A DNA stretch of 64,000 bases from Lama glama (Eukaryota), in the NCBI GenBank assembly GCA_028534125.1, contig CM052817.1:80540001-80604000 (forward strand). Reading direction: 5' to 3'. Shown here piece by piece: positions 1 through 12,848 of this stretch (within the stretch, counting starts at the first letter, position 1; each line of letters begins with the position of its first letter). Both the position numbers and the translations under genes were made by a program. A model generated the notes under the pieces. That model was not told the DNA's origin and ran no database searches. It saw only the letters and a list, made by a program, of their open reading frames with translations.

Positions 1-913
1 AAAAATAAGGCTGAAGCCTGTTTGCTAAGAGCGGATTATGCTAAGTTTATGATCTTAATTTCTGCACCTGTGTCATCAACAGCTTTGCCTGATTCAGCTT
101 ATGAGAACATTCATTATAGAAAGTAAAGAAGTCTAGCCTGTGGCTGCTCAGCTAATGAATAATGAAAACAGGATGATTTCAACCTGACAAAAGAAGAATG
201 TATATAACAAGTATGCTAGACTATATAAAACATCTGAAGTCCTCACCCTAGTCGGTACCTAAAACATTGCCCTGTTATTTAGTCTTGTATTGTAGGACAT
301 GAAGTCTTAGAATGAATGTGCTAGTACATTCAATAGAGTAAAATTTTGTAAGTTTAAACTAAGAAAGAATAACTTGGTATGAATAGTAAAACCTATTAAA
401 ATTAAAAAAAAATTAAAGAAAAATAGATAAAACCGACTGTAAAAAATGTTTAATTATTCTTAAACAGACATGAGCCCAAACACATTGGACTTAACTTGGG
501 GGCTTTTTTAACTTGACAGTCCTCCACCCTTCCGCACCTGGCTTAGAATCACTGCCAGGTGAGCCCATTACTGACTGATGAGAGTGTGTCATACCTGCAC
601 TTGGGAGGGGCAGGAAACAAGAGTGGAAACTACTGACCCAGACTGGAAGGTCTTAAACATCTTCCAGACGACCTTATTTGTACCATTCAGTTTCTTTCTA
701 TGTGGTACAAAAGAAAATTTCCGCTGGCTGCTGAACTAAAATGATTATAAATGATTGGAATTTTAGATAATAGAGGTTTAGGTAAAATTTTCATTTAATT
801 TTTGTTTGTTTGTTTGTTTTAGAATCATACCTAGATAAGATACAATGTAGAGACGTGGAATAAAAGAAAATACATTTCACTCACTGTCATTTTGGGTGTG
901 CATCTGTGGCACC

Positions 914-1023
914 TAGTCTGAGATTAAGTGTTTGTCCAGGACTGAGGGGATTGTCCTGGACATGGGACTTTCAGTGCTAAAACTGGGAAAGTTCTGGGCA
1001 AAGTGGGATAAACTTTTTGCCTA
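914..1023 (+). mobile_element. MER81-like MITE (hAT-Blackjack DNA transposon)
   Basis: tttgtccaggactgagggg...gggactttcagtgctaaaactgggaaagttctgggcaaagtggga...gccta follows the recalled MER81 consensus, with decayed inverted termini. Confidence 0.8.
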
Positions 1024-1039
1024 AATGTATTCTCCCAAG

Positions 1040-1155
1040 TGAGACTTAACACAAGAACTGCTTGTCTTAGCCCAGTCATCTCAGGCAATCAGTGGAAAAG
1101 AAATAGAGAACAAGCTAGTTGTTTGAAGCTATTAAGTTTTGGGGTGGTTTGATTC
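1040..1155 (+). mobile_element. MLT1 (ERVL-MaLR) LTR 3' fragment
   Basis: gttgtttgaagctattaagttttggggtggtttg is the characteristic MLT1 LTR 3' motif. Confidence 0.6.
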
Positions 1156-1222
1156 TATCATCTATGTATTTGTCTGTCTACCCACCTGTCTGTCTGTCTG
1201 GCTATCTATCTGTCTATCTAGC
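1154..1222. repeat. compound (TCTA/TCTG)n microsatellite
   Basis: imperfect tctg/tcta tetranucleotide units seen directly. Confidence 0.8.
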
Positions 1223-1314
1223 TAAAATTGTACTCAGAGCTTTGTAACAGGATTTTAAAAATAACAGTATGTTATGGATGTATTTTCAGGTTTTAAAATT
1301 GCCCTTTACAACAT

Positions 1315-1620
1315 CAGTTTTAATGGCTGCATGGAATTCCACTGAATGAGGAACCACAATCTATTTAACAGCTCTCGTATCATTGGACCTTTATGTTGCT
1401 TCCCATTTTTTGCTCTTGCAAACAATGCTTACCCAAATATCCTTACAGCTAAATCTTTGCATGCAAACTCCACAATCTTTTTTAAGATTCTTAGAAGTGG
1501 AATTGCTTAAAAGTGGAATTACTGTTTTGAAGGTTTTTGATGAATATCGCCAAATTGCTCTTCTTAAACGTTGTGCTAATATTCAGACCCACTGACTGTG
1601 TGTGAGAATGCTCATTTGCA
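1315..1620 (-). mobile_element. old L1 (L1ME-type) fragment
   Basis: tttaatggctgcatggaattccact...gaagtggaattgct...gccaaattgctc resembles the antisense L1 ORF2 3' region. Confidence 0.65.
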
Positions 1621-1949
1621 GACAGCGGGTTTGCAACAAGACAAGCTCCCAAACTCCATCAACTTGACAAGTTAACGAGACCCTCTTATATTCTACGGTT
1701 AGTCTCAGGCGCACCACGGTGAGATCCCTCTGGTCAATTTAAAACTGTGCCATGAGAATGTGTTCTGTGCAGCAGCTCCTGATGTTTACATAAATCATTA
1801 CTTAAGCCCTCAACATCATCAAATATTTATTTAACATCCGCCGTGGGTTAAGAATTGCAGCTGTGAGCCGATGCAGCTTAGAGTGCAAGGGAGGGCACAG
1901 AGGCGTAGTTCATTACCTTTGCCTTGGGAGTATTTTCTTTTTCCTTCCT

Positions 1950-2470
1950 CTTCATAGCTTTATAGAATCAAATTATGGGAAAACCATCCTGCAATTTAGA
2001 AAATTAACCATTTTACATTATGAAATATAAAATACTTTCATAAAAGAGCACCATACATATGTGTGGTATTAACAGTTAAAGTTGAACTTTTAGGTAACCA
2101 CCATACAACTCAAGAAATAGAACATTACCCACACCTGAACCCCCCCCATCCCCACCCCTCCCGTGTGTCCTTATGGAAAGGCAACCTCTTCCTGCCCCCG
2201 AAAGGTAACCACCATTCTAATGCTATGGAAGTCCTTTCCTTTCTTCTCTTTCTTACTCTACCATCGTTTAGTTTTGCCTGCTTTTAACTTTATATCAAGA
2301 AAATCCCAATGAGTTATTCTTTCGATTTTCTGCTTTTGCTCAACATTATGTAAGATTCATCTCTTGTATTCTGGGTAATTGCATCATATTCCACAGTATA
2401 ACTGTGCCATAAGTTTTAATCCTTTGTACTGTTGATGGATTTGGGTTGTTACCAATTTTTGGCTTTTGAG
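1950..2470 (-). mobile_element. old L1 (L1ME-type) 3' end
   Basis: accaccatacaactcaagaaatagaacattacc, aaggtaaccaccattct and gctcaacattatg...agattcatc are typical of an antisense L1ME 3' UTR. Confidence 0.65.
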
Positions 2471-3829
2471 CCAGTTGAAGATTGATGATGTAACCAGGAA
2501 GCAGATGCAGGGAAGGAACAGACTTCATATTAGATGCATAAATAAGTCCACTCTTTGAAAGAGATTAGTTCCTTTGTGATGAATTTTCCCCTTCCAGTGC
2601 TTTCAGCTTTGATGATTTGCTTAATTTATAGTTTTGATTGTGAATCCTATTGTCTCGAATCCTCTTTAATTACAGCTGTTTAGTGAGGGTTTTTCCTTCC
2701 TCCCTGTGGGATTGTGTGTACATAGGAAACACTCCCGGTGGCTGGCCACCACTGCAACTGCCCGAGCGCAGTCCTCCTGCCACAGTTGCTGTGCTGGGTG
2801 AAAATGGAACTTTTGGAGAACACAGCAGCCTCAGAGAGAGGAGGCTTCCTCTAGTATTCAGGAAGTGGGCAGGGCTGAAGAAAGGATGATGTGTGGCTAG
2901 TGAAACAAGCTTTGCCCATTTTAGAATTACTCTTTGAACCAGCCATGTATCCAGAGAGGAAGGTGGGGGAAGTCTCTTTCCTTTTTAAAATTTGTTTTTT
3001 CTTGAGTTTTAATTTCTAAAGTCAAGAATTCCTGCTATTACTCTTAGTTTCCTTGGATAGCTAAATTATTCACTAAATAGGAATTTGGGAGCTAGTTCCC
3101 AGATCTCCCATGTCACTCAAGCAGCTCTTATCTCTGTATGAGTTCCCCATGAAAACTGAAAAGCTGTCCTGTAGCAGCTGGAAGCAGGCCAAACACCATT
3201 GGAAATAATCATGTTTGGGCAGCCCACCACGTGCGTGGAAATGCACGAAGACTCCCTTAATATGCCAGAGTAAGAAATGGGCCACGCTTTCAAAATGCCC
3301 AGTGCTGCTCAGATGTGTGGCAAACGTGTGTGAGCGTTGATGTGTGTCTGTATAGGAGAAACAGCAGGAACTGGATGGGTCAGTGGGCATTCATTCAGAT
3401 TCACAAACTACTGGTCTTAGGGCCCCTTTCAAAGAATGTAAGAAACTCTGATAGTTTGGTTCTGGTCCTGCGTTTAATTCAGTTTCTTCTGACTTCCATT
3501 CACCTTTGGTCACTGCTTATGCCCCCACTGGGAGGTTAGAGGAGCACAGGCTTCGAAATCATGTGGTGCATAGCATTTTCACAGTTTTGTGGGTAAGTGG
3601 TTTTGTTAACTGTCCTTTCCAAAGATAGGAATAACAGAAAACGATTTCTAAATTTTATCAGATTCGGTTTCCAATAGTGTCTGAGATTCTTGATGGAAAA
3701 ATCTGTCCCATGGGCTCTATGTCCAATAAACTTGGCAGGAAGATTGACCTGGATCAGCAAGTGTCCCCAGGAGACTCGCTAAATCTTAACTTCAGATGGT
3801 TTCCATTATGTGGGGTGTGCCACTAAAAG

Positions 3830-3950
3830 TCCTTGGAAAATGGGGATAGCAGTGTCTATCTGATGGGAGGCTTCAAGGACATCATACATGTAGAACACTT
3901 AGCACACCAGTGCCTCAAACAAAAAGCAACATTTGTTGCTAATATTATCA
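3830..3950 (+). mobile_element. MIR SINE fragment
   Basis: gaaaatggggatagcagtgtctatc...catgtagaacacttagcaca matches the MIR core/3' region. Confidence 0.6.
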
Positions 3951-4519
3951 GAACCTAATAATGTATCTTCGCTGTTGGTAAGGATGGCAGGACTTGTAAA
4001 TAACTATCAGATAAATAGCTGATGAAACTAGCTAAAAAGCTAGACAAAAGATATATGGCTGGACTGTCATGCAGTCATGCTGCTCCTTTGTTGGCATTCC
4101 CTTGGTCTGATCATGACCTAGTGGGCTCCGTCTTGCCTGTAGGTTTCCCCAGTGTGCACCAGCAGCTGGGTTTCCATTCCTTTTTATTCTTCCCTTTCAG
4201 TGCTGTTGTTGAGTGGTGCTGGAATCTAGCAGTACTTGATGATCCCAGTTTGATGAATATCCTGTGTGTGTGTGTAGTGCTCCTATATGCGTGTTGGTAC
4301 ATGAACTTAGACTTTGTTAGGTCCATATCCCCTCATCCAGAGCAATGTGCTGACTCCAAAAAGAGTCCAGTGATACCTGAAATGTGCTTTGATGAGAGTA
4401 TGTATGTGTCCGGTAAGTCGAAGTGCCTGAATGACATGCTTATGAATGTTAGACAATGTTTATAGCTTGAGTTGCAGAAGTTTTACTGATGGAATTTTTT
4501 TGTATGCCTTAGATTCTAA

Positions 4520-4700
4520 GGGAATGTCCACTTCTTCTGTAAAGGACAAGATAATAAATACTCTGGACTTTGCAGGTTGCATACAGTCTCTGTCACATAT
4601 TCTTCCTTCCCTCCCTCCATCCCTTTCTCCTTCCTTCCTTCCTTCCTTTCTTTTCTTTCTTTCTCTTTCTTAAAAAAATATAAAAGTCATTCACCCAGGA
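4520..4700. mobile_element. MER58-like (hAT-Charlie) fragment interrupted by a CTTC/CT-rich simple repeat (about 4603-4670)
   Basis: ttctgtaaaggacaagataataaatactctggactttgcaggttgcatacagtctctgtcaca, followed by ccttccctccctcc...ttccttcc. Confidence 0.6.
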
Positions 4701-6164
4701 GCAGGTGAGTAGGGAGGTGGCAGGTGAGAGGTCATATATAGGACTAAGGCCAGAGGCCCCTGGCTGTAATCTGCCTACCTCCATATGACATCACATTGGG
4801 CATACTGAAAAAAACGTGATCTTGCTAGGCAGGCTTTGGGAAATCAGTATGGACTGACTGACTGATTTCCTATTTTTGAGTCATTCTTTAGGTGATGGGG
4901 AGTTGAATCCTTCACACCACCATCACCCCTCCTTTGTAGCCACATCATTAGGGAGTAAACTTGAGGTGATTGTAAATTTCTCTGCTGGACTGAGCAGTAC
5001 ATCATTAGTGAGTGTCATGAGTCCTGTGGTAACAATCTGTGAAGTCCTTTGAGGTGAAAGGCAAAATCATAAATATTAATTATAGCCATTGTTTTGATGA
5101 AAGGAGGATTACTGGAGGCACAGAAGCCTCTAAATCTACCTGTTAAACCATACTCCAGCTCTTAAGTTTTTGAATGAAGGGGTTAAATTATGTTAGAAAA
5201 GAAAGTCCATGGGATTCTTCTGTGGTCTGAAGCCTAATAAAAGGCTAACTTTTCATATGATATTATTTTAGAAATGCCTTCCAAAGCTTTCAGAGTCATT
5301 TTCATGAGGAAAAAAATTCAATAAAGAAACATTTAAGCTATTAGTGCTTTTCATCAGGAATGCAGTAATAGAGCCGTGTTATTGGTGCAAAGCCCCAGAC
5401 TTCAGTGTTAAAAGGAACCCCATCTACAGGGTGAAATTTTTAAGGAGATATAAAACACACTTAAGGCCTTTTGAAATAGTTATGAAAGAGGAGAAAAAAC
5501 TTGAATAAACATATTTTTCATATTTTATATGTGTTACTATGGAGAAAAATAATTAGAAAGTTACTGAGTGATTTCATTTAGATCAAAATGTTTCCTTTGT
5601 GCCTTGCTATACTAGCCAAAAAGCCATAAACTATGCTGGTGGAAGGTGCTGATTATTTACTATCCTTATAAATGTCATCTTTTAAAGTCCCAGTGCTTGA
5701 AAAAGAAAAGGGATGATGTGTCACCATATTAAAGGAAACTTAATTAGAAGTGAAGGGGCAGGTAAAACTCCAAGAGAATCAGTGGGTGATTACATTTTAA
5801 TTTGTACATAGGCTTGTAAAAAGATGGGACCAAAAGCTTGGTTTTTAGCAAGATTTTTCTTATTCTAAAAGTAAAAATTGTAAAGTAAGGAAAGTGATTT
5901 TAAAAAATCATATGTCCTAATACTCAGGGAAAAAGCCACCATTAAAATGTTATCTTTATTTATCCATCTATTTTGAACATAATTAGTTGACACAATGAGT
6001 ATTGTTTCATAACTAGCTTTTTTTCCCCCACTTAATAAATCAGATCATCTTTGCATGCCATCTATGCATTTAATTTTTGGTGAGTTACACTTTGGTAAGG
6101 TAATTTTAATGGCCACACAATTTTGAGTCTGTGGTTTGCTTAACCAGTCCTGTTGGACATACAG

Positions 6165-6730
6165 GTGTATTGGTCAGAATGCATTTGGTTGCAGTGACAG
6201 AAAACGGATCTCCAAAAAGTTTATCCAAAAAGGGGAATTTGGTGGCTCTTGATATAAGGAAGGAAGAGGTCGGGTAAGCCTCAGAGTCCCCTGGATCCAG
6301 AACTGGGAGTATCAGGACTGTCTTCCCATTTCTCGGCCTTAAGTCTTGGCTTTTTTTGCACAGTCACTCATTCTGTCACTTCAGGTGGCTTCTTGAATGA
6401 AGATGATGGCAGGCAGCTGCAGAGTTAGAGGACAGTCCCTGGGGGAAGGCTTAGCAATGCTGAAGTAGGGAGCACATCCTCTCATCTTCAGACTGGGGAA
6501 TCTTGGGAAAAGAGAGGCTCAGAAAGACTCGCCTTTGGGCAGGTGCTCCCTCCTGGACCAGTTGCTACTGCCAGCAAGTATTACTCCCATTGCCTGGGCC
6601 TGGGTCATGGACCTCCCTGTTGTCAGGGGGACAGGCAGAGATGTGGGATTTATAGACCCATTCAAATGGGAGAGGCACAGTTTTTCCTTGTAGGGAGTTG
6701 GGGAAGGCTGGTCACAGAAGACTGGAAAAT
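6165..6730 (-). mobile_element. MLT1J/K-like MaLR LTR
   Basis: gtcagaatgcatttggttgcagtgacagaaaac is the antisense MLT1 terminus; heavily decayed body. Confidence 0.55.
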
Positions 6731-7493
6731 ATGGTGCTATGCAGATAAATATAAGCCTTGTCCATTATGTAGACTGTTAGCAGTTTATGCAATTAAATGT
6801 TTATGTTTATAGCTAAATCTTGAGCTAAAGTTTAAAAATAGAGGTCATATTGGTTTCTCCAGATCTCTGTTGCATTTTCCTAAACATCTTTAGAGGATTA
6901 GAACAGAGTATGAGAGTAATAGTACAGAATAAAGACTGAAGAATTGTATCTCCCACGCTATTCTGTTTCAAGCCTTAAAAACCATGTTCTAGCTTCTAAG
7001 TACTTAGCTGTATCTGCTTTTCCTTTTATTTAATAAATTGGTTTCAATTTCACCAACTCCTGTTTCCTGAATTAAGGACTTCCTGCATTAAGAAGTCCAT
7101 TATCTGAATTACAACTTGCTGTGATTGGTCCACATACAAGCCAGCAACACTGTAAGTTGTCCTGGGGTCTGAGCAAGACTCCTTTTATTTGTTCTCTCAA
7201 GAGACTCAGGTTGTGTGTTGATGAACGGGTTGTACATTACTGCTCTCATCCTCCCCATATTGTTGATGTGATGTCTTTCAAGATAGTGCAAAAGCCTTTA
7301 AGGAAATTGGGTGAGACTGAGAAATCTTGAAGAGCTGCCCCGTAGGAGAAAAGCTTCCCATGATGAAGCTGTCTTCTCTACTCCTCTTCACCTTCTGTTA
7401 CCTCCAAAGAGCAGTTGCAACCACAGACTGTAATTTGGTGCCTCTGGCCATCAAACCTTCCAGCAGTAGCCTTTCAAAAATTGTTGTCTTTCT

Positions 7494-7583
7494 GGGGGCT
7501 ATGTATCGCTCAGTGGTAGAGCGCGTGCTTAGCGTGCACAAGGTCCTGGGTTCACTCCCCAGTACCTCCATTAAAAAAAAAAA
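7494..7583 (+). mobile_element. tRNA-Ala-derived SINE (camelid Vic-1 type), short form
   Basis: gctcagtggtagagcgcgtgcttagcgtgcacaaggtcctgggttcactccccagtacctcca with A- and B-box-like motifs, a poly(A) tail and a degenerate TSD (gttgtctt/gttatctt). Confidence 0.85.
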
Positions 7584-8240
7584 GTTATCTTGTTTATTTT
7601 ATTTTTCTGAGTCCTCCTTGAATTCTCATGTATCTTTAACATATTACTTCATTCTTTATTTAGCTGCCAGTGCATGTTTGGGGTAGTGCAGAAGGAAAAA
7701 CGTAACTCATATCTGATTCTATACAATATCATTAAGTACTGCATACCAATATACCCACTAATGAGTTCCTTAAGTGTGAAACAGTTAGGTAATTGGGGTT
7801 TTAAATGCTTCTCAGCATGCAGGGCTCTTTGATGCATTGTTACGTAGAGGTCTAAGAGTGTTTCAGTTCTGTTTGGGAAAATTAGTTGGGATTTTCGGAC
7901 ACATTGGGGACACATTATTATTTTTCACATGAAAGATAATAATGGATTTATAGTTCCTGTCATCCAAAAGTTAGCTCACCCATTTTGGGGAAATGATTAA
8001 ACTTACGCTGCAACACATTTTTCAGGATTGGATAATGAGGCATTCCTGTATAAACTAATTAAAATCGGAGATTATTTTGATTAAACCACAGCAAATGCAC
8101 CACAGCAAGTGTAGTGCTTCCGTGTGATGCCTCCTCACCCTTTTTCCCTCCTAGAATATCTAATCCAAACGAATTTAAAGATTGCATTTTTGCATAAATT
8201 CTTTGAAGGGTAAGGCTAGCATGCTGTTAATCTTTGCATA

Positions 8241-8797
8241 TGAAGCAGGTCAGAAAATGCCACCCCAAAATAAGCAATTTGGGGTAAGTTTTATTCTGAG
8301 CTTAAGGCAATTAAGAAAGGGCAAACACAGGAGAGCTCTGCCCCACCCTCCTCCCCAAGGCAGGGCATATATTTCCTTTTTGTAAAGACAATTTACATGT
8401 GTAAAATTTCCATTTGTAGAGTTATTCTCCTCTTTTGTAACTCTCTTGAGATAATGCATATCACCTCCGATAACTTGAATCTGCACAACAAACCTTTTTA
8501 AACAACCCTTATTTATCATGCATTTCCTAGTCTTCTCTGGAAAACATATCTCCTTGCCAGAAGCCCAAACCATCCATCCTCTCCTTTGCCCTGTCTAGTC
8601 CCTTCAGTCCACTTTATCACCCTTTGTTAAAGTGGTATATAAAACCCTCTTTGTGGCTTTCACTTCTTTTATGTGACGCTCCCCCTGTGCACATGAAATA
8701 AACCTTTGCTCCTATTAATCTGTCTTTTGTTAGTTTAATTCACAGATTCCAGGCATGGAACCTGAGAGAGTACAGGGAAGGTTTTTTCTCCCCTCCA
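8241..8797 (+). mobile_element. solo ERV1 LTR, MER34/MER39-like
   Basis: TG...CA termini; cagaaaatgccaccccaaaata start; TATA-like tatataaaa at about 8636; aataaa at about 8697; 4-bp TSD-like flanks cata/caca. Confidence 0.75.
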
Positions 8798-10679
8798 CAC
8801 AGCTTGCAGTGTGCAACATGCAGCGTATGCCCAATGTTTTATTTTTAAAGAGATAAAAATTATTTCATGTACTCAGTCTTATTGTCAGTTACGGCTGCAC
8901 TACTCTACCTGAAAATCTGAAACCTCTTAGGTTGATTTTAGCAAGCAAATGGTCAAATTAGATGATTCAGACACTGCAAATGAATTAGGTCTTGAAATTT
9001 TGTTGCTGTATCTGGGATACTACCTGAAACTACCAACACCCATGGGCAATTCAGGAAAGCAGAATCTTGGCTTTGCTTAAAAATCACGAGGAAATAGTCA
9101 CCCATCCTTGATTATTAGTAATGAAATGTGATTGGTCTTAGAAATGGTTCTGCTGATATTGTGATTGGTTTTAGAAATGTTTATGCTAATATTGGTAATC
9201 ACCTTAAAAGGCAGAATTCCCAAAAGTCAGAAAAAATGTGAGAGTAAGACCTTTGATAAGGGGTTGGAGGCAGGTAATGGCGGGAGGGTGGGTAGAGAGC
9301 GGGGCTGGGAGGAGACTTGGAGCTTGAAAGAACATGATGGGCTCAGAAATAGCAGAAGGAAGCCACAGAGCAGGGGCAGCACGTGGTGACTGGCCTGGAG
9401 TTCTGTTCCTGAAAAATGGAAACAAGGGCGGAACCCAGGAAAGCCCAGAGTTTTGATTTGGGTGGCTGGAAGGAAGATGGTTTCAACTGGTATCCAGGGG
9501 TAGGCCCGGAATTGAGGCACAAAGAGTTATCCCTCATCCCCAGCCCCCTGCAAGGGCCATGAGAACTGAGAGAACTGTTGGTCCTTGCAGTGTGGATTGG
9601 AAGGTGAACTGGGGTCATTACAGTCCTGACTGGTGTCCATCTAGGTCAAGCTCAGTGAGCCCAGGTCCCTGGTAATTACCCAGTCTGTACCCTGTGCTAC
9701 CATCTCAGTGTTCAGAATTTACTCTAAGCAGTGGCCATACGGTCTGTCTTTCAGAGGAGACAGGACAGGAGTCAGGACTTGATACGGATAAGAATATTTC
9801 AGGAGCATCATCTCTGGAGGAGGAATCCCTCAATTCCTGGTGATCATGGCATAAAGTTACTTAAATGTGGACTTTCAGATGATCAGGGCTTCTTCATGGA
9901 GGCTTTAAGAACTACAAATACTGCAGGTTCTGTCGTTCAGATTGTCAGACTGCCACTTCTGAGAGACAAAGAAGCTGACTCTATCTTGTGAGCAAGGGAG
10001 CTGGACTGTTGGAACGCAGTGTACTTGGCAGCTTGCTTGAGCGGGCATATATACCTTTCTGAGTGAGTACAGAGGGTTTTGATTAGTTCTAAGAGAAGAG
10101 AGAGACCTTTTTATTAACTCTAACAGAATCGGAGTAATGCTGATTGGCTCTTGGACCAAAGCTGGGCTGATTCAACCTACTCAGTTTAAAGCTGTTTCAT
10201 TTTGGTCAGATAATCCCTGGTAGGATTTCAGAAAGCCAGGTTTCTCAAGGGCCGTGATTTGGGAAGAATAAGGTTTCTTAGTGCGACGTCCCTGATGTTC
10301 ACCAGCAGATGGACTTTCGCAGCTTTGAGCCTATTCAGTCAGTCCAACCAAAAAAGAATTTGAATTATGTGGTCTAACGATTTTTATTAATCAAGTTAGC
10401 TAGAAAATACTTGAATCTCTTGTTCATTTTGTGTTATAAATTCTCAGTCTTCAGCAAAACCTAATACTCTTTTGTGTATTAAGAGTAGAGAGTCTAAAGT
10501 GGGTTGTGTGTCCTAGAAGTGAAAGCCATGGGTATGGTGTCTGGGCCGGAGGGATTCCGAAGTATGTCAGAACGTCCCGTTCCACTACACCGCGTGGGCG
10601 TTTATGAAGCGCATGATACTAGTGTCACGCCTGCTGCTGCCCTGTGCCTGCCTGCCTGTTGTTTTATACGTGCAGTCTG

Positions 10680-10835
10680 TGATTCCCAACAGTCCTGCAA
10701 GAAGGTAAAGGTGTTACTGTTACCATTTTACAAGTGAAAAATCTGGGGCTTAGATAACCTAAGGTCATCCAAGTGGTAAATGACTGAACGAGAAATTTAA
10801 CAAAGGTCTGTCTGACTCCACATTCCATGATCAAA
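10680..10835 (-). mobile_element. MIR SINE
   Basis: ccattttacaagtgaaaaatctggggcttag...aaggtcatcc...ggtctgtctgactcca is the antisense MIR core. Confidence 0.7.
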
Positions 10836-11419
10836 CCTCTGGACCTTGCCTGTGCCTTTCACTCTCCATGGGAACCTATTGCAAGTTAGTGCCAAGACTG
10901 CCCCACCGGGTTATTCTGAGGAGTGCATTTCTGCAAGGACAAGTCATTTATCACGGAACTGTCACTGTCCATTTCAGGATGCGTACTGCATCTTCAGCAT
11001 CTCAGCAGCAGCATTTGGGACAAACTCATTTCCAGTAAATCACCAAGCCACTACAGCACCGTCTGTGCTCCAGGGTGGGAAGGACCTGGAACGGGAACAC
11101 CGTCTGGGATCTACCTGCGGACGGGGTGAAATGCTGGCAAAAGGTTTCCTGTCAGAGTTGTGATTCTTCACTCTGACTTTTGTTTCCCTCTCCTCTGCCT
11201 GTACTTTTAAGTCCATCAGTGCTTCCAGTCTGGACAAGAATCACCAACGGTAATAGTTAGCAAGGTTTTAGTGACTAGGTGCGTCACTAAACATTTTATC
11301 TTCTTTTCAAAAGAAAAAAAAGGGTGACAGTGGCTAACACAGAGAAGGCAACCATTAGCAGCAGAGCTCTGTAGGCATTCACTAGGCATTGGCAGCTACC
11401 TCTTTCATGCACTTGGTGC

Positions 11420-11925
11420 TGAAGGATCGCAGAATGTGCTTCCCCAAAATGTGTCACTTGGGCCTATGGATTATTTTGAGCTAAAAGCACTAAAAAACAG
11501 CAAGTACTGAAAGGACGCTCTGATCCTCCCTTTTCTTCCTCAGCACAGGAGATAAAGCTCCCATGTGAGAGATGCCTTTCCTGCACCAGGGGAAAGGAAC
11601 ACGCTTATCACCAGAGATGGGAATGGGGGCCGAGAGAACTCTGTACAAACAGACCTTGTTAAAATAACTCTTATCTTCCTTTGCTCTCCTCATCTATTTT
11701 AGTTACTTTTCCACAATTGCCTCTTTGTCCAACCTAGCATATACGCACTGAGGTTTTGCCACTTCTTTGTCTCTTCATTTCCTTATGAAGGCTCCTGTGT
11801 CCTGCCAAACTCACATTAAATAAATCTGTATGCTTTTCTCCTGTTAATCTACCTTATGTCAATTTAATTCTCAGGCCCATCTAGGGACTCAAAGATGGTA
11901 AAAGTAAAATCCTCCCCTGCCTACA
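11420..11925 (+). mobile_element. solo ERV1 LTR, MER34-like
   Basis: tgaaggatcgcagaatgtgcttccccaaaatgtg...ggattattttgagct start; aataaa at about 11819; ends cctaca; related to the LTRs at 8241 and 51695. Confidence 0.75.
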
Positions 11926-12397
11926 GAACTTACGGTGCTGTGCTCAGCCCTCCAAAGTGAGACTGAGTAAAATCCACTTCCTGCCCTCACGGAGTCTGTG
12001 TGCCGTCACAGGAGACAGACAGGTCAACACAGTCATGGCAAGGACATCACTGGGGTCATGGACAGGCGCCCAGAGTGCAGAAGGAGGGAGGGGGGCAGTG
12101 TTACAGGCAAGGCGTAGCTTCCTTTTGCCTGGCCATCACACTTCTCTAAGACTGACGTTACTCCGATGTGAGGGTCAGGTTGCTCTCATGGCTTTCATCT
12201 GTGTTAGGCAAGCTCCAGTCAAGCAGGCTAGGGGATCAGCACATCCATGTGGTCTTTCCGGCGTGTGTCCTTGGGCACAGGACTGGGGATGGGAGGTGCT
12301 GTTCTTCTAAACGTCAGGAGAGTTAGCATCACTGCAGGGGAGATTTCTAGAGGTTCCTACCAGTCCCAGAGTATGGACCTAAGGGTTGTAGTGATTT

Positions 12398-12848
12398 CTT
12401 TTTTTTTAAATTTTATTTTTGTATTGAAGTGTAAGTTTATTTACAGTGTTAGTTTCAGGTGTACAGCAAAGAGATTCAGTCATACATATACATACATATA
12501 TATTTTTTCATATTCTTTTCCATTATATGTTATGAGAAGTTCAATATAGTTCTGTGTCCTATACGGTAAGTCTTTGTTGTTTATCTATTTTATATGTAGT
12601 AATGTGTACCTCTTAATCCCAAATGCCTAATTTATCCCTCTCCGCCTTTCCCCTTTGTTAACCATAGTTTGTCTTCTATGTCCATGAGTCTATTTCTGGT
12701 TTGTAAATCAAATTTGTATCTTTTTTTAGATTCCATGTATAAGGGATATCATACGATGTTTGTCTCTGATTTATATCACTTGGTGTGATAATCTCTAGGT
12801 CCATCTGTGTTGCTGCAAATGACATTATTACCTTCTTTTTCATGGCTT
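12398..12848 (-). mobile_element. 5'-truncated L1 3' end (cetartiodactyl-type)
   Basis: poly(T) head, gtttcaggtgtacagcaaag, tctctaggtccatctgtgttgctgcaaatg; degenerate TSD tagtgatttcttttt/tagtgctatcttttt. Confidence 0.85.

Noticed and set aside
4022..4465. 147-aa ORF
   Set aside because: No recognisable domain; it runs through a TG repeat and probable L2 remnant.
7494..7572. tRNA-Ala gene (also at 28569, 43424 and 54492)
   Set aside because: Poly(A) or AT-rich tails, TSDs and mutated stems mark these as SINE copies rather than tRNA genes.
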